Assembly: GCA_963700635.1 (NCBI GenBank)
Contig: CAVOYH010000003.1
Span: 640,001-704,000 of the forward strand
Direction of reading: 5' to 3'
DNA length: 64,000 nucleotides
DNA from: an uncultured Bacteroidota bacterium
GTDB taxonomy: Bacteria; Bacteroidota; Ignavibacteria; UBA10030; UBA6906
This document shows, piece after piece, positions 42,436 through 52,169 of this stretch. The notes beneath the pieces were generated by a model. The model saw only the letters and a program-made list of their open reading frames with translations, did not search any database and was not told the DNA's origin. The stretch's first letter is position 1, and each line of letters begins with the position of its first letter. The position numbers and the translations under genes are program-made.

Positions 42436-43265
42436 TCGCGCGGCCTCCCCTGCGGCTGTACATGCACCAGTTGATTACTCAGGCGTGCGAGTTCTCCGAT
42501 GGACAGTTCTTCCGGGCGGCATTGGAGAACATCCTCAACGTCAGCAGGTGGTTCCTGTCCGAGAAAATATCGCAGCGAGTTTCTGAGAGTCTTACGACGT
42601 TTCCCGAACACGGCCCGCACCATGGACCGGAAAAACCGTTCATCCGTAACAGTCGCGCAGGGTGTAGCACGTATCGTCAACCGTACCAGCGCGGACGTTA
42701 TCTTTGGCCGGGGGTAGAAGACATGCGGTGAAACATCAAAGAGCATCTCAACCTCTGCATAGAACTGACAGCTCACGGAGAGTATCCCATAGTCTTTGGA
42801 CCCCGGAGTCGCGCACAACCGCACGGCCACTTCCCGCTGCATCATCAGCACAGCATCCTGGATGGCGGCACGATGCTCCAGGACGTGGAAGAGGATTGGC
42901 GTGGTAATGTTATAGGGTATGTTTCCCACGACACGGAGCCGTCCCACCCGCGCCGCAAGCGCGGTAAGGTCCACGTCCAGAATGTCCCCGTGAAGAATTT
43001 CGACCGGTGTGCCGGACATGGCCTGTTGCATCTGTGCGATGACGCGGTCGTCCAGATCCACGACAATGAGCTTGCCTGCGTGCGCAGCAAGGTCGTGGGT
43101 CAGCGCACCTTCCCCCGGTCCGATCTCGACAACAGTATCCCCGGGGCCCGGATCGATCATTTTTATGATCTTGCGGGCAGTATTGGGATCGCGGAGGAAA
43201 TTCTGGCCGAGTGAACGACGCGGACGCAGGGGAGGAAAAGCTTTCACGGTCACCCTTCTGGACAT
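42432..43265 (-). CDS. rsmA: 16S rRNA adenine dimethyltransferase KsgA
   Basis: LGQNFL, EIGPGEG, GNIPYNIT, QREVA, RRKTLRNSL. Confidence 0.97.
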   Translation of the reverse strand: MSRRVTVKAFPPLRPRRSLGQNFLRDPNTARKIIKMIDPGPGDTVVEIGPGEGALTHDLAAHAGKLIVVDLDDRVIAQMQQAMSGTPVEILHGDILDVDLTALAARVGRLRVVGNIPYNITTPILFHVLEHRAAIQDAVLMMQREVAVRLCATPGSKDYGILSVSCQFYAEVEMLFDVSPHVFYPRPKITSALVRLTIRATPCATVTDERFFRSMVRAVFGKRRKTLRNSLRYFLGQEPPADVEDVLQCRPEELSIGELARLSNQLVHVQPQGRPRE

Positions 43266-43317
43266 TCCCGGATCCTCCGCCTCTGTCCGTCAGAGAAAGG
43301 CGGATACATGAAAAATA

Positions 43318-43346
43318 AATATAGAGAAGCTGGCGGGAAATGTCAA
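43318..43346 (-). promoter_or_regulatory. sigma70-type promoter for the rsmA operon
   Basis: Minus strand reads TTGACA-17 nt-TATATT, near-perfect consensus. Confidence 0.75.
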
Positions 43347-43366
43347 CGCGCACACCGGTGGATTCG

Positions 43367-43395
43367 TTGATTTTCAACGTTGAATTAGTTAGCTT
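43367..43395 (+). promoter_or_regulatory. sigma70-type promoter for the glycan locus, with an embedded palindrome
   Basis: TTGATT-17 nt-TAGCTT; the spacer contains the perfect palindrome TTCAACGTTGAA. Confidence 0.55.
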
Positions 43396-43434
43396 CGTAA
43401 GAATCAACCATTTGGCACTGCCCAGTCCGACCCT

Positions 43435-44502
43435 ATGACTACAACCCCCGATCAGCCGACACAACAAACGGGTACTCCCGCAGCCGGGCCGCAACAACGT
43501 GGCACCCAGCAAGGCCGCTCCCGGCCGCCGCAGCAGCGGAATCAGCCTCAGCAACAGCGAAATCAGCAGCAATGGCCTGATGTCAGCGTCGTCATTCCTC
43601 TCTATAACGAAGAGGAATCGATCAAAGAACTGAATCAACAGCTCCGTTCCACACTCGGCAGAATGAATGTCCGGTACGAAATCCTGTATATCGACGACGG
43701 CAGTACCGACCGTTCGTTCCAGATCCTCCGGGACCTAAAACGGAATGACCGGCATCTTAAGGTGATACGGTTCCGGCGCAACTACGGCAAATCTGCCGCA
43801 CTCTCCGTCGGATTTGAAAAAGCCCAGGGCAACATCGTCTTCACGATGGATGCCGACCTGCAGGACGATCCGTCGGAAATACCCTCCATGAAACGCCGGA
43901 TTGAAGAAGGGTTTGATCTGATTTCGGGTTGGAAAAAAATCCGCCGCGACCCGCTCTCCAAGACCATTCCATCCAGGTTTTTCAATTTTGTCACCGCCGT
44001 ATTGACCGGTATTAAGATTCACGATTTTAACTGCGGTTTGAAGGCGTACCGCCGGGAGGTCGTAAAATCGGTGAATGTGTACGGCGAACTCCACCGTTAC
44101 ATCCCGGTTCTCGCCCACTGGGAGGGGTTCAGGATCGGCGAAATGGCAGTCCAGCACAGGCCGCGCAAGTACGGCAAAACCAAGTTCGGCCTGGGTCGTT
44201 TCTGGAAGGGATTTCTGGATCTGCTCACGGCTCTTTTTACAACCCGGTTCCTCCGCCGCCCGCTCCACCTTTTTGGTCCGATCGGACTGGTGGTCACCCT
44301 TGCCGGTACCGTGATCGACGTCTGGTTGGTCATCGAGTGGATGCGCGGTCTCACGTCTCTCGGCAACAGGCCTTTGTTTCTCGCAGGATCAATGCTGATC
44401 GTTATCGGAATCCAGTTTATCTCACTCGGTCTTCTGGGAGAAATGATCAGCAAGACACGCACCTCGGCAGAGGAGTACTCGATCAGGGAGTTCCTCAAGT
44501 AA
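43435..44502 (+). CDS. GT2 polyprenol-phosphate glycosyltransferase (ArnC/GtrB/CsbB-like) with Gln-rich N-terminal extension
   Basis: SVVIPLYNEE, DDGSTD, RNYGKS, MDADLQDDP, two C-terminal TM helices. Confidence 0.92.
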   Translation: MTTTPDQPTQQTGTPAAGPQQRGTQQGRSRPPQQRNQPQQQRNQQQWPDVSVVIPLYNEEESIKELNQQLRSTLGRMNVRYEILYIDDGSTDRSFQILRDLKRNDRHLKVIRFRRNYGKSAALSVGFEKAQGNIVFTMDADLQDDPSEIPSMKRRIEEGFDLISGWKKIRRDPLSKTIPSRFFNFVTAVLTGIKIHDFNCGLKAYRREVVKSVNVYGELHRYIPVLAHWEGFRIGEMAVQHRPRKYGKTKFGLGRFWKGFLDLLTALFTTRFLRRPLHLFGPIGLVVTLAGTVIDVWLVIEWMRGLTSLGNRPLFLAGSMLIVIGIQFISLGLLGEMISKTRTSAEEYSIREFLK

Positions 44503-44515
44503 CAGTGGGCTGCCA

Positions 44516-45625
44516 ATGACGAAACCATGGGCGTCCGTCGACGCACTAAAACGTGATTGCCGGTGGTTCCGCGGCGATGTTCCATGCGCGCCGCACAAAC
44601 AGTCAGGGAGCCATTGCCGCGAAGCAGATGGCACGGATTGCGCCCACTATGACCCGCAGTCCGGCAACATTCTTATCATCAAACTCGGCGCTATCGGAGA
44701 CGTTGTCCGTACGACTCCCCTCCTCCGCAAGTTCGGCGAGGTGTATCCGACACACCGCATCTGGTGGTTAACGCTTACCCCTGAAATTGTCCCATCATCC
44801 GTTGATGTTGTACTCCCGTTTACACCACAGTCGCTTGCTACACTCGCCGCGATGCAGTTCAGTCTCGTCGTGAACCTGGACAAAGATCCGGAAGCATGCG
44901 CGCTGACTGCTACACTCCGGGCCGATCGTAAAAAGGGATTCACCCTTCTCGAAGGCAAGCCCGCACCGCTCGATGGAGATGCCCACCAAAAATATCTGAC
45001 GGGCGTTTTCGACGATCTCAGCAGGGAGAACACACAAAGTTATATACAGGAAATTTTTACTATCTGTGGATTCGTATTCGAAGGTGAAGAGTATATCCTT
45101 GACAATTTTGCCTCCAGGAACTATCATTGGAAAATCCCGCGTCGCAAACCGGTCGTCGGCCTTAACACGGGCTGTGGCGGCCGCTGGGTCTCCCGCCTCT
45201 GGGCCGAAAAAAACTGGATTACGCTCGCCCGACGCCTGAAAAAAGCAGGGTACGAACCGCTCCTCCTGGGCGGTGAACAGGAACACTCACTGAACCGACG
45301 TATTGCGTCGAAGAGCGGCGCGCGATACCTCGGTCATTTTCCCCTTCCGCAATTCATCAATCTGATTGATCAGTGCAACATCGTGGTAACCGCCGTGACC
45401 ATGGCCATGCACCTGGCTATCGGACTACAAAAGCCTCTCGTCCTCTTTAATAACACCTTCAATGAACACGAGTTTGAGCTGTATGGTAGGGGTGTGATTC
45501 TTAAACCGGAGTTCGACTGTTCCTGCTACTACTCCCCTGTGTGTCCGAACAACTGCATGCAATACCTCCGTGTTGAGACGGTGTTTGCAGGCATTCACAC
45601 CCTCCTCCCCACTCGGTCGTTGTAG
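44516..45625 (+). CDS. glycosyltransferase family 9 (heptosyltransferase-like), Cys-rich termini
   Basis: IIKLGAIGDVVRT, GLNTGCG.RW, MHLA; C-terminal CSC...C...CM. Confidence 0.88.
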   Translation: MTKPWASVDALKRDCRWFRGDVPCAPHKQSGSHCREADGTDCAHYDPQSGNILIIKLGAIGDVVRTTPLLRKFGEVYPTHRIWWLTLTPEIVPSSVDVVLPFTPQSLATLAAMQFSLVVNLDKDPEACALTATLRADRKKGFTLLEGKPAPLDGDAHQKYLTGVFDDLSRENTQSYIQEIFTICGFVFEGEEYILDNFASRNYHWKIPRRKPVVGLNTGCGGRWVSRLWAEKNWITLARRLKKAGYEPLLLGGEQEHSLNRRIASKSGARYLGHFPLPQFINLIDQCNIVVTAVTMAMHLAIGLQKPLVLFNNTFNEHEFELYGRGVILKPEFDCSCYYSPVCPNNCMQYLRVETVFAGIHTLLPTRSL

Positions 45626-45631
45626 ATTTAT

Positions 45632-47956
45632 ATGGCTAAAACAACCACGAAACAGCGAAGGCACCAGGAACGCCCCACGTGGGAACCGACGGATTGGCAG
45701 TGTATCGGTATCCTGGGCATGCTGACGGGATTCTTCTTCCTGCAGATCCTGCTCGGCAATGCGTTTCTGTGGGAAGACTTCGTCTACCAATGGTATCCTT
45801 TCCGTCAGTTCGCTTCGAGCTCTCTGGCCGGCGGTGAACTTCCTCTGTGGAATCCCTACACCGTTCACGGCATGCCGTTCCTGGCTGAAATCCAGACAGA
45901 AGTCTTCTATCTGCCCATGGCCGCGCTGATGTTCCTCGTCAAGAATGGGCGGCTGGATGTGTTCTGGCTCGAGCTCGTGAATGTGTTGCACTACTTCCTC
46001 GCCGGTGCAGGCATGTTTTTCCTGGCACGATCGTTTTCACTGAATCGGCTTTCCTCCCTTTTTGCAGCCATTACGTTTGCGTTTTCTGGATTTCTCGTCA
46101 CCCATGCCATCCATCAGGTTATCACCGGTGTGGTCGCCTGGTACCCCCTGTTGTTTCTCTTTTTCCGCAACGCTTTATCCTCGCCACGCTGGATGTGGGT
46201 GTTTGTGGCCGGGCTGACGCTGGGACACAGCTTCTTCGGCGGATCGCCCCAGATGTCGCTGTTCTTTTATCTTTTTCTTCTCTGCTATTTCGTCTTTGAA
46301 CTGTTACACCGCAATGGCTTAAAGGGACTGTTCCGGAAACCTGCGATGGTCATGACCGCGCGCGCAGCCGCGGTCGTATTCCTGTCGCTCGGGATCGCCA
46401 TGATACAGTTTCTCCCGACACAGGAACTGTCAGAGTTGTCCGCTCGGGCGCAGATCACATACGCGAAAGGAAGTGAAGGATCGCTTGGCTGGGGTCAGCT
46501 GCTCACACTTCTCGTACCGAAGTTCTTCGGAGTCTCGGACGCACATGCATATACCTACTGGGGGCCCGGTCCCTACTGGCACTACTGGGAGACGTGCGTG
46601 TACTTCGGGGTTCTCCCTCTGTTCCTCACACTGCTCGGTTTCCGCCTTCTCCGCCATCATGCGACGCTGCTCTTCCTGGCCTGCTTCGCCTCCTTTGCGG
46701 TCCTGTTTTCTCTGGGATCAAACTTCTTTCTCCACGCGGTTTTTTTTGACTCCATCCCGGGGTTTTCTTCCTTTCGAAACCCTGCCCGCATGGGTGTGTT
46801 TCTCCCCTTTGTTGGATCACTGCTCTCGGGATTCACGCTGCATCATCTGATGCACGGTATCACCACCGCCGGCGAGACAACCGTGTGGAAACGATGGGTT
46901 CTCATCACAGGGGGCACGGGCGCTGCACTCATTCTGCTCTCCTTGACGGGTATGCTGGACGGCGTTTTTCCATTTCTTGAACAGAGTCAGCCTCGTATGT
47001 TTGTGCGGAAGGAACTTTTTCTGGCTCTGGGGCTCCTGGTCGCAGCTTCCGGAGTCGCCTATGCACTTGTTGTCCGGAAGGGAAGCGGCACATTCCTTGC
47101 TCTTCTCGCCTGCGGACTGGTCTTTGGTGATATGTACATCTTCGGCGCAAACCATAATACAGCTCCCGTCAACCCGGAAGATCATTTCCGGCGGGCAGAT
47201 CCGCTCGTTCGCTTCTTTAAAGCCCAGGACGGAATCTTCAGGGTGAATACCCGGAATTCCCAGGGGATGATCATGGACCGGAACCAGGGCATGGTAGACC
47301 ACCTCTTTACGATGGAAGGATACACACCGCTCTTCCTGCAGAGGATCCACCCGCCGGCATCAACCGCCGAGAAGGCTTTCGACCTGTTGAATATCCGCTA
47401 CTACACGGTAACCGACAGTGCACGAGGAACGCTCGGCCTCCGGGAGCGGGAACAATATCTTCCGCGTGCGTACATGGTGTACGCATCCACCGCAAGCCGT
47501 TCGGGGGAGGAGTCCAGACAACACCTCATGGATTCTGCTTTTGATCCCTGGACCATGGCCGTGATAGAAGACACGTCGCACATTCCGCTCGTGGCGCCAG
47601 AAGTGACTCCTGTCTGGCGGGCAACGATCGATGAGTACCGCAATAACACCATACGGCTAACCGTTGAGTCCGACCACGACGGGTTGCTCGTGCTGAGCGA
47701 GTCGTACTATCCCGGCTGGCGGGCCGTTGTGGACCATCAATCGACCCCTGTGTTCAGAACAAACTATGCTCTGCGGAGTACTCCCGTATCCCGTGGTGTC
47801 CATACCGTCACATTCTCTTTTGAACCGGAGAGTTTCAGCCGGGGACTCTCCATCTCTCTCGGAACTCTGGGCATGTGTCTGGCAGGAATGTTGCTCAGCT
47901 GGAGACGTTCGAGGGTGGCCGCCGTGACGCCGGAAGACAACGGTAAGATCGTATGA
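45632..47956 (+). CDS. YfhO-family GT-C membrane glycosyltransferase
   Basis: PLWNPY..GMPFLA, many TM helices, YLPRAY, LVLSESYYPGWRA.VD. Confidence 0.88.
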   Translation: MAKTTTKQRRHQERPTWEPTDWQCIGILGMLTGFFFLQILLGNAFLWEDFVYQWYPFRQFASSSLAGGELPLWNPYTVHGMPFLAEIQTEVFYLPMAALMFLVKNGRLDVFWLELVNVLHYFLAGAGMFFLARSFSLNRLSSLFAAITFAFSGFLVTHAIHQVITGVVAWYPLLFLFFRNALSSPRWMWVFVAGLTLGHSFFGGSPQMSLFFYLFLLCYFVFELLHRNGLKGLFRKPAMVMTARAAAVVFLSLGIAMIQFLPTQELSELSARAQITYAKGSEGSLGWGQLLTLLVPKFFGVSDAHAYTYWGPGPYWHYWETCVYFGVLPLFLTLLGFRLLRHHATLLFLACFASFAVLFSLGSNFFLHAVFFDSIPGFSSFRNPARMGVFLPFVGSLLSGFTLHHLMHGITTAGETTVWKRWVLITGGTGAALILLSLTGMLDGVFPFLEQSQPRMFVRKELFLALGLLVAASGVAYALVVRKGSGTFLALLACGLVFGDMYIFGANHNTAPVNPEDHFRRADPLVRFFKAQDGIFRVNTRNSQGMIMDRNQGMVDHLFTMEGYTPLFLQRIHPPASTAEKAFDLLNIRYYTVTDSARGTLGLREREQYLPRAYMVYASTASRSGEESRQHLMDSAFDPWTMAVIEDTSHIPLVAPEVTPVWRATIDEYRNNTIRLTVESDHDGLLVLSESYYPGWRAVVDHQSTPVFRTNYALRSTPVSRGVHTVTFSFEPESFSRGLSISLGTLGMCLAGMLLSWRRSRVAAVTPEDNGKIV

Positions 47957-49074
47957 AGATCACCATCGTCGGCACGGCATATCCCCTCCGGGGTGGGATC
48001 GCCCATTATAACGCGCTCCTGGCCGAGTCCTTGCAGCAGCGGCATACGGTAAACACCATAACGTTTAAGCGGCAGTATCCTTCATTCCTGTTCCCCGGAA
48101 AGACCCAACAGGAATCTGGTGAGATGCTCCACGTTCCGCCGGCGCCACAACATATTGATTCCATCAACCCCCTCAACTGGATAACAGTCGGCAGAATGAT
48201 CAGGGATGAACGTCCCGATCTGCTGATCTTCAAGTACTGGCTCCCTTTTTTCGGGCCCTGCTTCGGCACGATCGCGCGCATGGCGCGGAAAAACAACCAC
48301 ACCCGGGTGCTCTTTATCTGTGACAACGTGCTTCCTCATGAACGCCGCCCGGGGGACACGGTGTTCACCCGGTACGCTTTCCGTGCAGCAGACTTTTTTA
48401 TCGTACAATCTGCTGCCGTAGAACGGGATCTGCTCACGATCCACCCCGAAGCCGTGTATCGTTTTGCACCACATCCGGTGTACACCATTTTTGGAGAGCC
48501 CGTGGACAAACAGGAAGCGCGGCGTCAGCTGGGTATCGCTGACGAACGGATTGTGCTCTTCTTTGGATATGTCCGGCGTTACAAAGGACTCCATGTCTTG
48601 TTGTCAGCTCTCCATGAAGTACGGAAGGCACTGCCTGTGCGCCTTCTTGTTGTGGGAGAGTTTTATACGGATCAGGCACAATATCAGGAGCAAATAGAAC
48701 AGCTCGGTCTGCAGGATTGCGTCACGGTACACGCGGATTATGTTCCCAATGAAAAGGTCGCATCGTTCTTCTCTGCGGCAGACGTAGTTGTGCTCCCGTA
48801 CCTTTCGGCAACCCAGAGCGGCATCACACAGATCGCCTATAACTTCAACAAACCGGTGATCGCTTCGGACGTCGGAGGACTTGCGGAGGTGATCAAGCAT
48901 GGAAAGACGGGGATCATTGTGCCGCCGAATCAACCGCATCTCCTTGCTGAGGCAATTCTGGACTATTATCATCATGGTCGTGAGGCCACGATGACACCCC
49001 GGGTAAAGGCGGAAAAACAATTGTACTCCTGGGATCACTTTGTGGAAACCATTGAGTCCTTGTGTCAACCCTGA
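47953..49074 (+). CDS. glycosyltransferase family 4
   Basis: GTAYPLRGGIA, FFGYVRRYKG, LPYLSATQSG, DVGGL. Confidence 0.9.
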   Translation: MKITIVGTAYPLRGGIAHYNALLAESLQQRHTVNTITFKRQYPSFLFPGKTQQESGEMLHVPPAPQHIDSINPLNWITVGRMIRDERPDLLIFKYWLPFFGPCFGTIARMARKNNHTRVLFICDNVLPHERRPGDTVFTRYAFRAADFFIVQSAAVERDLLTIHPEAVYRFAPHPVYTIFGEPVDKQEARRQLGIADERIVLFFGYVRRYKGLHVLLSALHEVRKALPVRLLVVGEFYTDQAQYQEQIEQLGLQDCVTVHADYVPNEKVASFFSAADVVVLPYLSATQSGITQIAYNFNKPVIASDVGGLAEVIKHGKTGIIVPPNQPHLLAEAILDYYHHGREATMTPRVKAEKQLYSWDHFVETIESLCQP

Positions 49075-49119
49075 CCCCGTCACAATATCCTGTCTCCGGT
49101 CCCGGGCGGAACAGTACAC

Positions 49120-49983
49120 ATGGATAGTCCGAGCGTTTATGTCATCCTGGTGAACTGGAACGGCAGGGAGATTACGCTTGACTGCCTTGCCTCACTCCAG
49201 CGTGTCCGGTACCCGGCCATGCGCGTGCTGGTGGTTGATAACGGCTCGGCCGATGATTCCGTAGCCGCCATGCACAGCGGCTTTCCGGCGGTCGAGGTCC
49301 TGGCCCTCGGAGAGAACCGTCGATTCGCAGGAGGAAACAATGCCGGAATGCAGAAGGCCCTTGAGGCGGGAGCGGACTTCATCCTGCTTCTGAACAATGA
49401 CACGATTGTGGATCCGGATTTTCTGCCGCCGCTCCTGGATCGCTTCCAACGCGAGGAGCGCTGCGGCATGGTGGTGCCGAAAATCTACTACCACCATGCA
49501 CCTGACACCCTCTGGTATGCGGGAGGAGAAATTTCCTTCTGGTCAGGGACGATGCGCCACAGGGGAATCCGGGAAGTCGACCACGGACAATATGATTTTG
49601 CAACGGAAACAGACTATGCAACCGGATGCTGCATCCTCCTGTCGCGTGACGTGGTACGGCGTGTTGGAGAAATGGACGAATCGTTCTATATGTACACGGA
49701 AGATGCTGACTGGTCCATGCGCACACGCCGCGCAGGGTACCGCATACTGTTTGAACCCCGCTCACACATCTGGCACAAGCTCTCGGTCAGCACGGGCGGA
49801 CATCTTTCGTTCTTCAAGCTCAGAAACAAACTGATAAGTAATTACCGGTTCTTTGCACGGTATGCGCGCTGGTACCACTGGCTCACGTTCCCATGGCTGA
49901 GTATCATCATCAATGCTGGAGCCGCTCTACGGTATCTGGTGCATACATCTCCGCCGCTGCCGCGCAAACCAACCGCAGCGTGA
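49120..49983 (+). CDS. glycosyltransferase family 2 (rhamnosyltransferase-like)
   Basis: VNWNG, VDNGSAD, NAG, LLNND, TGCC, EDADW. Confidence 0.9.
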   Translation: MDSPSVYVILVNWNGREITLDCLASLQRVRYPAMRVLVVDNGSADDSVAAMHSGFPAVEVLALGENRRFAGGNNAGMQKALEAGADFILLLNNDTIVDPDFLPPLLDRFQREERCGMVVPKIYYHHAPDTLWYAGGEISFWSGTMRHRGIREVDHGQYDFATETDYATGCCILLSRDVVRRVGEMDESFYMYTEDADWSMRTRRAGYRILFEPRSHIWHKLSVSTGGHLSFFKLRNKLISNYRFFARYARWYHWLTFPWLSIIINAGAALRYLVHTSPPLPRKPTAA

Positions 49984-50014
49984 GAGCACCCCGATATACC
50001 AACCAGGCCGAGTC

Positions 50015-50818
50015 ATGAAACAGCGACGCCCCCATACCATATACCATCTCGCCCGGAAGTCAGCCGAACATGCAACACGCGGCCAGAGCTGGGCAGGCGA
50101 CTCTGTTGAGGAGAGTATCGGGTTGTGCGCGGCGCAGACAATTGAGCCTGTGTTCCTCAGCACGCTCCCGCGTTCGGGCGCGATTCTTGAATCCGGCTGC
50201 GGACTCGGACGCTGGGTGTTCTACCTTCGCCGGAGAGGGTTTGATCTGACCGGGATAGATCTTTCCGAACCGGCCGTTCAGGTTGCCCTCTCGTACGATC
50301 CTTCTGTCCCCATCATCCGCGATGATGTACTGGGGTCGGCATTCGCTGATGAAACCTTTGCCGCGGCCATTTCGCTGGGCGTTGTGGAACATTTTGAAGA
50401 GGGTCCCGGCCAGGCTCTTGCGGAACTCAGGAGAGTGCTGAAAGATGGAGGGTTGCTGTTCATCTCGGTTCCGACACAGAACCTGATGCGGCGACTCATC
50501 ACCAATCACCTGAAGAGGTGTCATCGCCGGCTTCTGCAGTGGCGCGGGGAATCATTTGTCTTTGAGGAATACCGTTATACACGGAAGGAATTTAACACAC
50601 ATCTGACCCGTAACGGTTTTGAGATCCTCTCGATGGTTCCCGATGATTTTCTTCCGCCCCGCAACATGGGGCTTGTGGTGGACTTTCCGTTCCTGCGGCA
50701 TGCGTCCCGGAAGTGGGAATTAAATCGTCTCGGGCGGATGCTTCGTACCGGTATGAATTTTTTCTCGCCGTGGTGGATATGTGCCGGGACGTTGTGGGTA
50801 TGCCGGAAACAACAGTAG
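50015..50818 (+). CDS. class I SAM-dependent methyltransferase
   Basis: ILESGCGLG, GIDLS, SLGVVEHF, LKDGG...SVP; start at ATG 50015. Confidence 0.88.
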   Translation: MKQRRPHTIYHLARKSAEHATRGQSWAGDSVEESIGLCAAQTIEPVFLSTLPRSGAILESGCGLGRWVFYLRRRGFDLTGIDLSEPAVQVALSYDPSVPIIRDDVLGSAFADETFAAAISLGVVEHFEEGPGQALAELRRVLKDGGLLFISVPTQNLMRRLITNHLKRCHRRLLQWRGESFVFEEYRYTRKEFNTHLTRNGFEILSMVPDDFLPPRNMGLVVDFPFLRHASRKWELNRLGRMLRTGMNFFSPWWICAGTLWVCRKQQ

Positions 50819-50843
50819 ACGATCATCTTTATCGGCGGACGGA

Positions 50844-52169
50844 GTGGAATTCGGGAAACATCTTACAAAAAGTCTCTGGGGACTTGCGGACAAGTCCCTC
50901 CCGGTGGCATACGGCATCGGCTATGTGGTCCTCGTGATCCGGGTCCTTCCCGAAGAAGAGTTCGGGAATTTTGTCCTTCTCCAGGAAATATTTCTGATTC
51001 TCTCGGGCCTGGCGACGGCACTTGCACTGCAACCGATGCTGAAGTTTGCATCGGAAGACACACAGGACGCATCCGGTATTATCGTCGTCGGGATCCTGCT
51101 TAACCTGGCCTTTCTGGTGATTTCCTCGGTCCTGATTGTTGTGGCACGTGAGCCTCTTGGAAATCTGCTGCACGCGCCGACTCTTGCACCGTTGCTTCTC
51201 TACATTCCTGTGATGCTGTTCGCATCATTCATCCGGAATATCGCCCTCGTTCTGCTTCAGACCCGCTTTGGCATCAGCAGAATTTTCTGGGTGGATGCGG
51301 TTCACTTCCTCGGAACACCCATCCTGGTCTGGGTGTATTCCCGCATGCATCTGTTTGATTCGGCTGAGGATCTGGTCTTCATCTCCATCCTGTCGCTCTC
51401 TGCATCATCGCTGCTGGGCCTTCTCCTGACGTGGTCCCTCATTCGCTGGACTGCGCGACCGACCGCGCAGGATTTCCGCCGGACATGGGAGTACGGGAGA
51501 TATTCGCTGGGGGGAAATGTCAGCTATCTGGTCTATTCCAGGGCGGACACGTTCATTCTCGCGGCATTTACGGGTCCTGCAGAGGTAGCGGTGTACAGCT
51601 CCGCAAAGGTCTTTACGCGGATTTTTGACATGGTGAATCAGGTTATTCAGATGTTCCTTCTCCCGGGGGTTTCTCTTCTTGCCTCGCGCGGCGAACGTTC
51701 CAGCCTGAAGAGTGTCGTTGAGAAGTCGATCCTCTTTTCCTCTGTGGGCATGTTCGCCCTCATGATCCCGCTTCTTCTGGTATCCGATCCACTGGTCTCG
51801 TTGGTGTACGCGGGCCGGTATCCGGAGGCGGCGCTGATCCTGAAGATCTTTGTGTTTATGGCGCTTGCCGTTCCCGCATTCTCCATCGGCTCGAATGTGT
51901 TGATGGGGCTCGGTGAGGCCCGCGCCAGTTTTGAATTGGGAATTCAAATGCTCGTGGTCTCCGTTGTGGTCTATCTGGTAGCGATCCCATGGCTCGGCAC
52001 AACCGGGGCGGCGCTTGGTGTTGTGGTCTCTTCGTTCGTCATGGCATGGATTGCGCTACGACGTGTCCGTCACTATGTCCCGTTTACCGTGCAGGATGTG
52101 CTCTCCCGCCGGCACGACATTCGCGTGTTTATACGTTCACAAGTCCGGAAGTTCACACGACTCCCATGA
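50844..52169 (+). CDS. Wzx/MOP-family oligosaccharide flippase
   Basis: Many TM helices, RVLPEEEFG, AVYSSA, GTTGAA; likely GTG start at 50844. Confidence 0.85.
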   Translation: MEFGKHLTKSLWGLADKSLPVAYGIGYVVLVIRVLPEEEFGNFVLLQEIFLILSGLATALALQPMLKFASEDTQDASGIIVVGILLNLAFLVISSVLIVVAREPLGNLLHAPTLAPLLLYIPVMLFASFIRNIALVLLQTRFGISRIFWVDAVHFLGTPILVWVYSRMHLFDSAEDLVFISILSLSASSLLGLLLTWSLIRWTARPTAQDFRRTWEYGRYSLGGNVSYLVYSRADTFILAAFTGPAEVAVYSSAKVFTRIFDMVNQVIQMFLLPGVSLLASRGERSSLKSVVEKSILFSSVGMFALMIPLLLVSDPLVSLVYAGRYPEAALILKIFVFMALAVPAFSIGSNVLMGLGEARASFELGIQMLVVSVVVYLVAIPWLGTTGAALGVVVSSFVMAWIALRRVRHYVPFTVQDVLSRRHDIRVFIRSQVRKFTRLP

